This document shows positions 1 to 8,403 of a DNA stretch of 64,000 nucleotides, piece by piece. A model generated the notes under the pieces. The model ran no database searches. It was not told the DNA's origin and saw only the letters and a program-made list of their open reading frames with translations. The DNA is from an uncultured Thermoanaerobaculia bacterium. Its GTDB lineage: Bacteria > Acidobacteriota > Thermoanaerobaculia > Multivoradales > Multivoraceae. How positions within the stretch are numbered: the stretch's first letter is position 1; each line of letters starts with the position of its first letter. Both the position numbers and the translations under genes were made by a program. The stretch is taken from the NCBI GenBank assembly GCA_951812325.1, contig OX638294.1, positions 3,198,859 through 3,262,858 on the forward strand. Direction: 5' to 3'.

Positions 1-950
1 CAGGCTGCCGCCGAAGGAGGCGCCGATCGCGGAGCAGACGGCGGCGATCTCGTCCTCGGCCTGGTAGGTCGTGACCCCGAAGTGCTTGTAGGTCGCCAGT
101 TCGTGGAGCACGTCGCTGGCGGGGGTGATCGGGTAGGCGCCGAGGAACAGGGGCAGGCCGCTGCGGCGGCTGGCTGCCACCAGACCGATCGCCAACGCAG
201 AGTTGCCGTGGATGCTGCGGTAGATGCCGGGCTCGAGCTTCGCCGGTTCCACGTCGTACCGCACCTGGAAGGCGTCGGTGATGTCGCAGAAGTTCCAGCC
301 CGCCTTCATCACCTTGACGTTCGCCTCGGCGATCTCCGGGCGTCTCTTGAACTTGACCCGCAGCCAGTCGATCGTCGATTCGAGCGGCCGGCTGAACAGC
401 CAGTAGACCATCCCCAGGGCCAGGAAGTTCTTGCACCGGTCCTTGGAGCGGACGTCGAGCGGGCTGTCCTCCAGGGCGCGCCGGGTCATCGTCGTCAGGC
501 CCACCTGATAGAGCCGGAAGGCGTTCAGGCTGTCGTCCTCGAGGGGATTCCCCTCGTAGCCGGCCCGCTTCAGGTTGCGCGGCGAGAACTCGTCCGTGTT
601 GACGATGATCACGCCGTTGTCGCGCAGATCGCGCAGGTTCGCCTTGAGCGCCGCCGGGTTCATCGCGATGAGGACGTCCGGGGCGTCGCCCGGGGTGTGG
701 ATGTCGTGGTCGGCGATGCGGACCTGGAAACCGGAAACGCCAGCCAGGGTGCCGGCGGGCGCCCGGATCTCGGCCGGGAAGTCGGGCAACGTCGACAGGT
801 CGTTGCCGATCAACGCCGACGTGTTGGTGAACTGGGTGCCGGTGAGCTGCATGCCGTCGCCGGAATCGCCGGCGAAGCGGATCACCACGTCGGAGACGGT
901 CGCTTCGGCGGCTCTACCGGCGGCCGTCTGCCCTGCGATCGGGAGGGTCA
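1..950 (-). CDS. 2-oxoacid:ferredoxin oxidoreductase alpha subunit (gamma-alpha fusion type), N-terminal part; gene runs off the window start
   Basis: My reverse-strand translation from ATG at 950: MTLPIAGQ...[15 protein letters not shown] (gamma-domain motif), then [12 protein letters not shown]...[10 protein letters not shown] (PFOR alpha domain I). No stop before position 1. The ORF track missed it because it is truncated. Confidence 0.8.
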
Positions 951-1098
951 TGTTCGTCTCTTGCGATGTGGACGCGGGCGTTCTCTTGCACGGCCAGGAA
1001 CTGCCGCCACGCACCGCGGGCGGTCAGGCTTCCGTCTCCGGTGGTGGTGAGGCCGCAGATAGTACCATGACGCTGCCCCGCGCGTTGGCGGAACCCAA

Positions 1099-3159
1099 GT
1101 GCCTGGTCGCGAGAAACAACCCAGCCGCAAGAGACCATGGCGTCGAGCCGCGTGGCTTGGGGGGCTGCTTGCCGCTCTCGGGCTTTCCAGCGCCACCCTG
1201 TCGCTGGACTCGCCGTTCGCGCTTGACCTGGTGGCCGGAACGGTCGCCAGCGTGGCGGGTGTCGTCGTCGCGTGGGTCGGCTTCGTCTGGCTGCAGCGGC
1301 GGCTGCTGTGGCGCGTCGGACGTCGGCTCGCCTTCAGTTACGCACTGCTCGGTCTGCTGCCCCTGCTGCTCAGCCTGGTGCTGGTGACCGTCGCTGCCTA
1401 CCTGCTTTCCGGATTCTTCCTCGGTCATCTGTACCGGGACGCGGCGATCGGCCTCCACGAGGAACTCGAGGCGGTCTCCGGCTTCCTCCTGCAGCCTCTC
1501 GAGATGGGCCTCCTCGATCCCGCGGGTCTGCCGACCACCCTGGACGGCGCGGCTCTGGCCTACTACCGGGGAAGCGCGCTCGCGGCCGGGGACCCGAGGG
1601 CGCCGGATTCCTTCCCGGAGTGGCTGGAATCCGACAGCGAGTTCGACCGCCAGCAGCGTCGGAGCAGAGTCCCGGAGCTGGTCGTGCTGCCCGACGGTTC
1701 GGCGACTCTGGCGGCCGCCTACCGTCGGGGGACATCAGCGGTCGTCGCCTTCTACGATCCCGAGGCCGGGGGCCTGCTGGAGCGGGAGTTGAGCCGTCGC
1801 AGCGATGTCTGGACGCGGCTCCGGCGTCAGGGCGAAACGGACGGCACGGGGTGGACGGTCCAGATCCTGGGCGCCGAATGGGTGCTGCAGCCACTGGCGC
1901 GGAACCAGGGCGGCGCGGAGCGCGAGGCCTTCTTCGAGTCCCTGAGCGCGAGTTCACCGTTCAGCATCGTGGGCGTCGAAATGGCCGGGCCGCTGCATGC
2001 CTTCGCGAGCGGCGAACCCGTATCGCCGCCGGTCTCGGCATCGCTCGCGGCGACACAGCCGATCGTTATCCGCCATCTCTTCTCGTCCTCGGGCCAGGTG
2101 GACACGCTGGGGTGGATCGCCTTCATCATTCCGGCCTTCCTGCTCTTCGACGTCTTCATCGCCGCGACGGTGATGGCCCTGTTCATGATCCTGGGGCTCA
2201 GCCGGGCCGTGAACCGGCTGAGTGCGGCGACCGGGAGAGTGCAGGCGGGCGACTTCACCGCCCGGATCCCGGTGCGTCGGCGGGATCAGATCGGCGCCCT
2301 GCAGACCTCGTTCAACGAGATGGCCCGAAGCCTCGAGGATCTGGTTGCCGAACGCGCCGCGAAGCACGTCCTGGAGCAGGAGCTCGAGATCGCTCGCGAA
2401 GTCCAGAAGAGCTTGATTCCGGGCCGCAGCCTGCAGTCGGAAGGCGTGGAGTTCGCCACCTACTTCGAGCCCTCCGCGGCGATCGGCGGAGACTACTTCG
2501 ACATCGTTCGGCTGCCCGGCGACGACGGCGGGGAGAGCGATCGGCTGGCGGTGGTGGTCGCGGATGTCGCCGGCCACGGGCTCTCCGCAGGGCTGCGCAT
2601 GGCGATGCTCAAGGCGGGGCTGCTGACCCTGGTCGAGGAGGGCAAGCCGCCCCGGGAGATTCTGTCGTCTCTGGATCGGCTGGTGCGATCCGGCGGCGAC
2701 CGCACCTTCGTGACCGCGAGTCTGTCCATCGTCGATCTCTCCGCGGCCGTCGTCGACGTGACGAATGCCGGCCATCCACCCGCCTACCTGCTGCGGCGGA
2801 ACGAGGTCGAGGAGATCCTGCTGCCGGGGACGCCGCTGGGCGCGCTGGGCGAGGACTACGGCTTCCGGCGCATCGAGTTGCAGCCCGGAGACGTCCTGGT
2901 CTGGCTGTCGGACGGCTTCATCGAAGCTCCCGGACGGGATGGCGAACCGTTCGGCTACGACCGGACCAGGGACTCGCTCAAGGGCCTGGCCGGCAGCGCG
3001 AAGGAGGTTTGCGACCGCATCCTCGGACAGATGAGGCGGCATACCGAAGGCGTCGGGGTCGAGGACGACCTGACCCTGGTCGTCATGCGCTATCAACCGG
3101 AAGCCGCCGCGGCGGAGAATCCGGCCCGTCCGGAGTTCGTCACCGCGGCCGGCGCCTGA
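1099..3159 (+). CDS. Membrane-anchored PP2C-type Ser/Thr phosphatase (RsbU/SpoIIE family) with HAMP linker
   Basis: 686-aa ORF. N-terminal TM helices, HAMP-like segment (RIPVRRRDQIGALQTSFNEMA), and a C-terminal SpoIIE/PP2C domain (GGDYFDIV, VVADVAGHGLSAG, LSDGFIEA). Confidence 0.8.
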   Translation: MPGREKQPSRKRPWRRAAWLGGLLAALGLSSATLSLDSPFALDLVAGTVASVAGVVVAWVGFVWLQRRLLWRVGRRLAFSYALLGLLPLLLSLVLVTVAAYLLSGFFLGHLYRDAAIGLHEELEAVSGFLLQPLEMGLLDPAGLPTTLDGAALAYYRGSALAAGDPRAPDSFPEWLESDSEFDRQQRRSRVPELVVLPDGSATLAAAYRRGTSAVVAFYDPEAGGLLERELSRRSDVWTRLRRQGETDGTGWTVQILGAEWVLQPLARNQGGAEREAFFESLSASSPFSIVGVEMAGPLHAFASGEPVSPPVSASLAATQPIVIRHLFSSSGQVDTLGWIAFIIPAFLLFDVFIAATVMALFMILGLSRAVNRLSAATGRVQAGDFTARIPVRRRDQIGALQTSFNEMARSLEDLVAERAAKHVLEQELEIAREVQKSLIPGRSLQSEGVEFATYFEPSAAIGGDYFDIVRLPGDDGGESDRLAVVVADVAGHGLSAGLRMAMLKAGLLTLVEEGKPPREILSSLDRLVRSGGDRTFVTASLSIVDLSAAVVDVTNAGHPPAYLLRRNEVEEILLPGTPLGALGEDYGFRRIELQPGDVLVWLSDGFIEAPGRDGEPFGYDRTRDSLKGLAGSAKEVCDRILGQMRRHTEGVGVEDDLTLVVMRYQPEAAAAENPARPEFVTAAGA

Positions 3160-3171
3160 CGGAGGTCGCGC

Positions 3172-4008
3172 GTGGGCGTCGACTTGCGGGCAGCTGGGGC
3201 CGCCGCGGCGAGGACGGCCCGATGGTCACGGGATCCGTCGCCTGTGCGGTCGCCAAGGACGCGGCGCTGCCGCCATCGCGGCGACGACGGCCCGCTTGTC
3301 ACGACGCCCGGGTCGCTCATCAGCGTCGGCTTGCGGGCAGGTGCCGCGGCCGTTGCCCTGGTCCTGGGCGCTGCCCCGGCCTGGGCGGAACTGGCGCTTC
3401 TGACCAACGGCTACCGCTACCGGGTGACCGCGTGGGAGCTGCTCGAACAGCGGGGCACGAACACCGAGCGCATCCGGCTGACGCTGGAGAACGGCGGTTC
3501 GGTCACCCTGCCGTTGATTCGGGTCGAGCGCATCTTCGACGACGAGATCGTCGAGGAGCCGCCCCCCGAGGCGCCGCCGGAGGCCGGCTTCTCGCTCGAC
3601 TACCGACCGGGACAGACGGCGCCGGCCGTCCCCTGGGGTGAGCTGTTCCTGGAAGTCGGGCGGGAGCACGAGTTGAACCCCGACCTCCTGGCGGCGATGG
3701 CGCGCGCGGAGTCGGCCTACGATCCCGGCGCCGTCTCGTCGAAGGGCGCCCGCGGCTTGCTGCAACTCATGCCGGCGACCGCGGAGCGGTTCGGGGTCGC
3801 GGCGCGGGAGCTGCACGACCCGGCCCGCAACGTGCTCGCCGCGGCCCGCTATCTGACCTGGTTGCGCCGCCGGTTCGAGGACGACCTGCCGCGCGTGCTG
3901 GCCGGCTACAACGCGGGCGAAGGAGCGGTCGACGCCCACGACGGGGTGCCGCCCTACCGGGAGACGATGAACTTCATCGGCCGCGTCTACGGCTTCCTGG
4001 GCCTTTGA
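3172..4008 (+). CDS. Lytic transglycosylase (SLT domain), secreted
   Basis: Catalytic SLT motif ESAYDPGAVSSKGARGLLQLMPATA. The annotated start is probably too far upstream; TTG near 3331 would give signal peptide M-RAGAAAVALVLGAAPAWA. Confidence 0.75.
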   Translation: MGVDLRAAGAAAARTARWSRDPSPVRSPRTRRCRHRGDDGPLVTTPGSLISVGLRAGAAAVALVLGAAPAWAELALLTNGYRYRVTAWELLEQRGTNTERIRLTLENGGSVTLPLIRVERIFDDEIVEEPPPEAPPEAGFSLDYRPGQTAPAVPWGELFLEVGREHELNPDLLAAMARAESAYDPGAVSSKGARGLLQLMPATAERFGVAARELHDPARNVLAAARYLTWLRRRFEDDLPRVLAGYNAGEGAVDAHDGVPPYRETMNFIGRVYGFLGL

Positions 4009-4174
4009 ACACCGGGTTGCACGGGCGTTCCGGAAGCCCGCCCGGCGGCAGCGCCGCGAAGCCGCGCAGATGCCGGGTTTCCTGAGCGACTCCGCGGCGA
4101 CACCGCGGTGAGGTGGGCGCTCCGGGCCAGACACCCCGTCCTGAAACGAGGCTGGAGCGGCGGGCCTGGCGGTG

Positions 4175-5101
4175 TCAGGTGGCCCGTGGGTGATGGCGGT
4201 CGTACAGCGTGCGGAGCCGGTGCTCGTGGATATGGGTGTAGATCTGCGTGGTCGTGATGTTCGCGTGGCCGAGCATCACCTGCACGGCGCGCAGGTCGGC
4301 GCCGTGCTCGAGCAGGTGGGTGGCGAAGCTGTGGCGCAGCACGTGGGGCGACAGGTCGGGGATGCCGGCGCCCCGCCCGTAGTTCCTGAGCAGCTTCCAG
4401 AGTCCCTGCCGGGTCAGTCCGCCGCCGCGATAGCTGACGAAGACAACGTCGTGGCGGCCCTTCGCCATCACCGGCCGCACGTCCCTCAGGTAGCGGTTGA
4501 GCCAGGTCTCGGCCGACTCGCCCACCGGCACGACCCGTTCCTTGGCCCCCTTGCCGAACGCAATGAGGAAGCCCGCGTCGAGCTGGAGCTGGCTCCGTTC
4601 GAGGCCGACCATCTCGCTGACCCGCAGGCCTGTGGCGTAGAGCAACTCGATCATCGCCCGATCCCTCACTCCCGGAGGCCGGCTGGTGTCGGGGGCGCGG
4701 AGCAGAGCCCCGACCTGCTCTTCGCGGAGCACCCTGGGCAACCGACGGGGCAGCCGCGGCGGGTAGAGGTTGACTGCCGGGTTGTCGTCACGGTCGCCCT
4801 CGTGGACGAGGAAGGCGTAGAACCGGCGCATCGAGACCAGGGCGCGACTGATCGAGCGCGGCGACAGCCCCTCAAGGCGCAGTCGCCGCAGGTGACGCGC
4901 GAGCTGCTCCACGGTGGCAGCCAGCAGGTCGCCGCCGTCATCCTCCAGGTTGCTCCTCAGCCGAAGCAGGTCGCGCCGGTAGGCGTCCACCGTATGCCGG
5001 GAGAGGCCCCGCTCGACCAGCAGACCGTCGAGATAGCGGTCCAGTGTCCGCTCACTCCCGGACACCGCGGACGGCCGGCTCGAGGTCTTTGTCGCGGGCA
5101 T
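4175..5101 (-). CDS. xerD: Tyrosine site-specific recombinase XerD
   Basis: Internal ATG of the 870-aa ORF (MPATKTS...). Phage-integrase catalytic region LRHSFATHLLEHGADLRAVQVMLGHANITTTQIYTHI with the XerD-typical C-terminus ...HHPRAT. The upstream part of the long ORF is Arg/Ala-rich and rejected. Confidence 0.85.
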   Translation of the reverse strand: MPATKTSSRPSAVSGSERTLDRYLDGLLVERGLSRHTVDAYRRDLLRLRSNLEDDGGDLLAATVEQLARHLRRLRLEGLSPRSISRALVSMRRFYAFLVHEGDRDDNPAVNLYPPRLPRRLPRVLREEQVGALLRAPDTSRPPGVRDRAMIELLYATGLRVSEMVGLERSQLQLDAGFLIAFGKGAKERVVPVGESAETWLNRYLRDVRPVMAKGRHDVVFVSYRGGGLTRQGLWKLLRNYGRGAGIPDLSPHVLRHSFATHLLEHGADLRAVQVMLGHANITTTQIYTHIHEHRLRTLYDRHHPRAT

Positions 5102-5314
5102 GGGTCGTATGGCCAACAATCTATCAGTCGTGCTGGATACTCGATCATGCCGCTCTGGCCGGCGGCGCCGTTGGTCGGTTGCAGTAGAGATCACCGCTGG
5201 CCCGGCGCCGGTTCTCTGGGTGCGCGGTCCGTTGCGCGCGCCTTTGGCCCCCGATCCGAGCGCAGCGGCGAAGCGGCGAGCGCGAGTCGCGTTGCCCCGC
5301 GCTACGATTCCCCA

Positions 5315-6964
5315 ATGATCAAACGAGCTCTCGCCCTCGCGTTTCCTCTTCTCGCGTTTCTCCTCGGCGCCTGCAGCACACCCGCTCCGCCGCCCGATAC
5401 CGCAACCCAACTCGACACCTGGATCGCCGACCTGGCCGACGACGCGATGGAAGGCCGCGGCCCCGGCACGGCCGGCGACGTGATGGCGCGCCAGTACATC
5501 GCCGACGTGATGGCCGGCATGGGCCTCGAACCCGCGGCCGCCGACGGTAGCTGGGAGCAGCCCTTCGACATCGTCGGCATCGACGCGGCGGTGCCCGAGA
5601 CCTGGACGTTCCACTCCAGCGCCGGCGACAGCGTGGAGTTTGCGTTTTGGGACGAGTTCATCGCGCACAGCGGCGTCCAGTCGGAGCAGGCCGCGATCGA
5701 GAACGCCGAACTCGTGTTCGTCGGCTACGGCATCCAGGCGCCCGAGTACGGCTGGGACGACTACGGCGACGCGGACCTCGCCGGCAAGGTGCTCGTCATG
5801 CTGAACAACGATCCGGACTGGGATCCGGACCTGTTCGAGGGCGACCGCCGCCTCTACTACGGCCGCTGGACGTACAAGTACGAGAGCGCCGCGGCTCAGG
5901 GCGCCGTCGGTGCGATCATCATCCACACGACCCCTTCGGCGGGCTACCCGTTCCAGGTCGTACAGACCTCCTGGACCGGCCCGCAGTTCGAGCTTCCCGC
6001 GGAAGGCGAGGCCCGCACCCGGATCAACGCCTGGCTGACGGAGGAGGCCTCCCGACGGCTCTTCGCGCTGGCCGGCGTCGACTACGACGCGACCCTGGAA
6101 TCGGCCCGGAGCGCCGACTTCGTGCCGGTGCCGCTCGGCCTGTCGACCAGCCTTTCGCTGACGAACACGGTAACCAGCGAGCAGACCGCCAACGTGCTCG
6201 GCGCCCTGCCCGGCAGCGACCCGGAACTGGCCGACGAGTGGGTCGTCTTCACCGCCCACCACGACCACATGGGCATCTCGCCGGACGAGAGCCTGGAGGA
6301 CCGGATCTACAACGGCGCCCTGGACAACGCGGCCGGCGTTGCCCAGGTGCTCGCGGTCGCCGGCGAGCTGGCCGCGCAAGAGCCCGGTCCGAGCAGGTCC
6401 ATCCTGTTCGCCTTCGTCGGCGCCGAGGAGCAGGGACTGCTCGGCTCCGAGTACTACGCCGCTCATCCCACCGTGCCGCCCGGCAAGATGGCCGCGAACA
6501 TCAACTACGACGGCGGCAACCAGTGGGGCCGCACCCGCGACGTGACCTACATCGGCTACGGCAAATCGAGCCTCGACGGTGTCGTCGAAGCGGCCGCGGC
6601 CGAACAGGGCCGCACCGTGCTGCCCGACCAGTTCCCGGCCAACGGCTACTTCTACCGCTCGGACCAGTTGAACTTCGCCCGCATCGGCGTGCCGGCGATT
6701 TACCTGGACAACGGCACCGACTTCATCGACCGCCCCGAAGGCTGGGGCCACGAGCAGCTCAAGGCCTGGACCGAGAACATCTACCACCAGGTCTCCGACG
6801 AGTACGGCGAGGACTGGAACCTCGAAGGCATGGTCGACGACGTCGAACTCGGCCTCGCCTGCGCCCGCGCCATTTCCGAGAACCCCGAACTCCCGTCCTG
6901 GAACCCCGGCGACGAGTTCGAGGCGGCACGGTTGGCGGCGCTGGCCGCCGTGTCGGGCGAGTAG
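5315..6964 (+). CDS. M28-family zinc aminopeptidase lipoprotein with PA domain
   Basis: Starts at internal MIKRALALAFPLLAFLLGACS (lipobox). Has HHDHMG, NGALDNAAGVAQVL and FVGAEEQGLLGSEYY metal-ligand motifs. The 5' part of the track ORF is antisense to xerD and rejected. Confidence 0.8.
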   Translation: MIKRALALAFPLLAFLLGACSTPAPPPDTATQLDTWIADLADDAMEGRGPGTAGDVMARQYIADVMAGMGLEPAAADGSWEQPFDIVGIDAAVPETWTFHSSAGDSVEFAFWDEFIAHSGVQSEQAAIENAELVFVGYGIQAPEYGWDDYGDADLAGKVLVMLNNDPDWDPDLFEGDRRLYYGRWTYKYESAAAQGAVGAIIIHTTPSAGYPFQVVQTSWTGPQFELPAEGEARTRINAWLTEEASRRLFALAGVDYDATLESARSADFVPVPLGLSTSLSLTNTVTSEQTANVLGALPGSDPELADEWVVFTAHHDHMGISPDESLEDRIYNGALDNAAGVAQVLAVAGELAAQEPGPSRSILFAFVGAEEQGLLGSEYYAAHPTVPPGKMAANINYDGGNQWGRTRDVTYIGYGKSSLDGVVEAAAAEQGRTVLPDQFPANGYFYRSDQLNFARIGVPAIYLDNGTDFIDRPEGWGHEQLKAWTENIYHQVSDEYGEDWNLEGMVDDVELGLACARAISENPELPSWNPGDEFEAARLAALAAVSGE

Positions 6965-7034
6965 TGCGCGGCATGGGCGTCGGAAGCGCCCGTCCGCGTC
7001 CGGTCACACAAGCGCGCCGCAGCTCTGCCAGAGA

Positions 7035-7051
7035 GTCCCATGAGTGAAGCC
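7035..7051. repeat. Left arm of a 17-bp perfect inverted repeat (gtcccatgagtgaagcc) covering the CDGSH start codon
   Basis: Exact reverse complement of 7635-7651, read directly from the sequence. Confidence 0.8.
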
Positions 7052-7279
7052 CGTATAGCTGAGCGTGTTCCGGCCAAGATCGAACTCGAAGCCGGCGCCT
7101 ACTGGTGGTGCCGGTGCGGCGAGTCGAAGAACCAACCGTTCTGCGATGGATCCCATCGCGGTACGGACTTTGAGCCGATGCGGCTGACGTTGGAGGAGGA
7201 CCGCCGGGTCGCGCTCTGCCAGTGCAAGCGGAGCGACAAGATGCCGCACTGCGACGGCAGCCACAGGTTCCTGGACTGA
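7040..7279 (+). CDS. CDGSH iron-sulfur domain protein (two CDGSH motifs)
   Basis: 79 aa with WWCRCGESKNQPFCDGSH and CQCKRSDKMPHCDGSH. The start codon is embedded in the left arm of a 17-bp inverted repeat. Confidence 0.75.
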   Translation: MSEARIAERVPAKIELEAGAYWWCRCGESKNQPFCDGSHRGTDFEPMRLTLEEDRRVALCQCKRSDKMPHCDGSHRFLD

Positions 7280-7309
7280 GTCGTCTCGGATAGACCGGGA
7301 CACGCCAGC

Positions 7310-7630
7310 ATGCCAGACTGTCTCTCTCATGCGATACGGAAGGCTCGAATGACGACGGAGAGTTCGATGTTGCACGTCCGGATGGACGCCGAGATGAAGC
7401 GGAAGGCGACGGCAGCGCTCGCAGCGATGGGACTGACGGCTTCGGAGGCCGTGCGGCTGTTGTTTCACCGCATCGCCGTCGATCAGGCCTTCCCGCTCGA
7501 GCTCAAGGTGCCGAACGCGCGGACCCGCCACGCCATGGCCGAGGTGGACGAGATGGTGGAGAAGCGCAGCGCGCGGTTCGCCAGCGCGGACGAGGTGTCT
7601 GCGGAGCTTGAAAAAGCCAGCGTCCGCTAG
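7310..7630 (+). CDS. RelB/DinJ-family type II antitoxin (orphan)
   Basis: MKRKATAALAAMGLTASEAVRLLFHRIAVDQAFPLELKVPNARTRHAM resembles DinJ. The true start is probably Met14 (about 7349). No RelE/YafQ-like toxin ORF follows. Confidence 0.65.
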   Translation: MPDCLSHAIRKARMTTESSMLHVRMDAEMKRKATAALAAMGLTASEAVRLLFHRIAVDQAFPLELKVPNARTRHAMAEVDEMVEKRSARFASADEVSAELEKASVR

Positions 7631-7634
7631 AGCT

Positions 7635-7651
7635 GGCTTCACTCATGGGAC
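7635..7651. repeat. Right arm of the 17-bp inverted repeat (ggcttcactcatgggac), also part of a local hairpin after the dinJ stop
   Basis: Reverse complement of 7035-7051. Locally agctgg...ccagct forms a 6-7 bp stem-loop right after the dinJ stop, followed by a T-containing tract. Confidence 0.8.
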
Positions 7652-7721
7652 CAGCTCCTCTGTCTATTCGAACAGTTCCGCGTGCGTGCCTGCACGCGCC
7701 AAGTAGATGGACCAGTGCCGC

Positions 7722-7868
7722 ATGAGCGACCCTAACTGGAAGAACCGCACTCTCCGGACGGGGCGCGACAATCTTGAAGTCATGCGTGGCCTGAACTCCG
7801 AGTCGGTGGACCTCATCTACCTTGACCGGGGACTAAGTCTCAGGCGCAATTCCTGCGCGAACGCATGA
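7722..7868 (+). pseudogene. 5' fragment of a beta-class N6/N4 DNA methyltransferase (about 33 conserved N-terminal residues, no DPPY motif)
   Basis: My translation MSDPNWKNRTLRTGRDNLEVMRGLNSESVDLIYLD matches the N-termini of CcrM-like N6_N4 MTases (xxGDCLExMxxLPxxSVDLIFADPPY). The ORF then degenerates (RGLSLRRNSCANA*) and stops after 48 codons. Confidence 0.55.
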
Positions 7869-7977
7869 GTCTGCAAAGCACGGTCACTTCCTGGCTGGGG
7901 AGTGGATGAAGAAGAACCTGTAGGCCGTCCTCGAGACCAAGACGGACATCTTCGACAGCGGGACGCGCTCGCGCATC

Positions 7978-8403
7978 ATGGCGAGAGTCCGGAACCGGAA
8001 CACTGGGCCGGAGTTGATCCTGCGCCGGGCGCTCCACGCCCGCGGGCTGCGGTACAAGCTACACGATTCCGCGCTTCCCGGTCGGCCGGATCTCGTCTTT
8101 CCTCGTTTCGGAGCGGTTTGCTTCATGCACGGCTGTTTCTGGCATCGCCACGAAGGCTGTCGCCGCGCGACGACACCGGCGACCAACAGGAGTTCTTGGG
8201 AGCGGAAGTTCGCGGCAAATGTTCGGCGTGACCGGAAGAACCGGATGGCACTGCTTGAGGCCGGCTGGCGTGTCGGGGTGGTCTGGGAGTGCGCTCTACG
8301 CCCCAAGGAGCGCTTGGAGGCGGTGGCAGCGAGTGTTGAGGGATGGCTGAAGGGACAGCGCAAGGAGTTCACAGCCGGTCGCCGGCAGGCTGGCGGGTCA
8401 TAG
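7978..8403 (+). CDS. vsr: Very-short-patch repair endonuclease Vsr
   Basis: 141 aa. LPGRPDLVF...CFMHGCFWHRHEGC...WERKFAANVRRDRKNRMALLEAGWRVGVVWECAL aligns with E. coli Vsr. The D51, H64, H69 and E25 equivalents are present. Confidence 0.85.
   Translation: MARVRNRNTGPELILRRALHARGLRYKLHDSALPGRPDLVFPRFGAVCFMHGCFWHRHEGCRRATTPATNRSSWERKFAANVRRDRKNRMALLEAGWRVGVVWECALRPKERLEAVAASVEGWLKGQRKEFTAGRRQAGGS

Noticed and set aside
1272-3641. 789-aa ORF (+) overlapping the PP2C phosphatase gene in another frame
   Set aside because: Extreme Arg/Gly/Pro/Ala composition and no motifs. The other frame has clear SpoIIE/HAMP homology.
4172-5314. 5' 380 codons of the 930-aa (+) ORF
   Set aside because: Antisense to the well-supported xerD gene. 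Only the portion from the lipoprotein Met at 5315 resembles M28 peptidases.
5647-7047. 466-aa Arg-rich ORF (+) and other long overlapping ORFs inside the M28 gene
   Set aside because: Off-frame shadows of a homolog-supported gene; biased composition.
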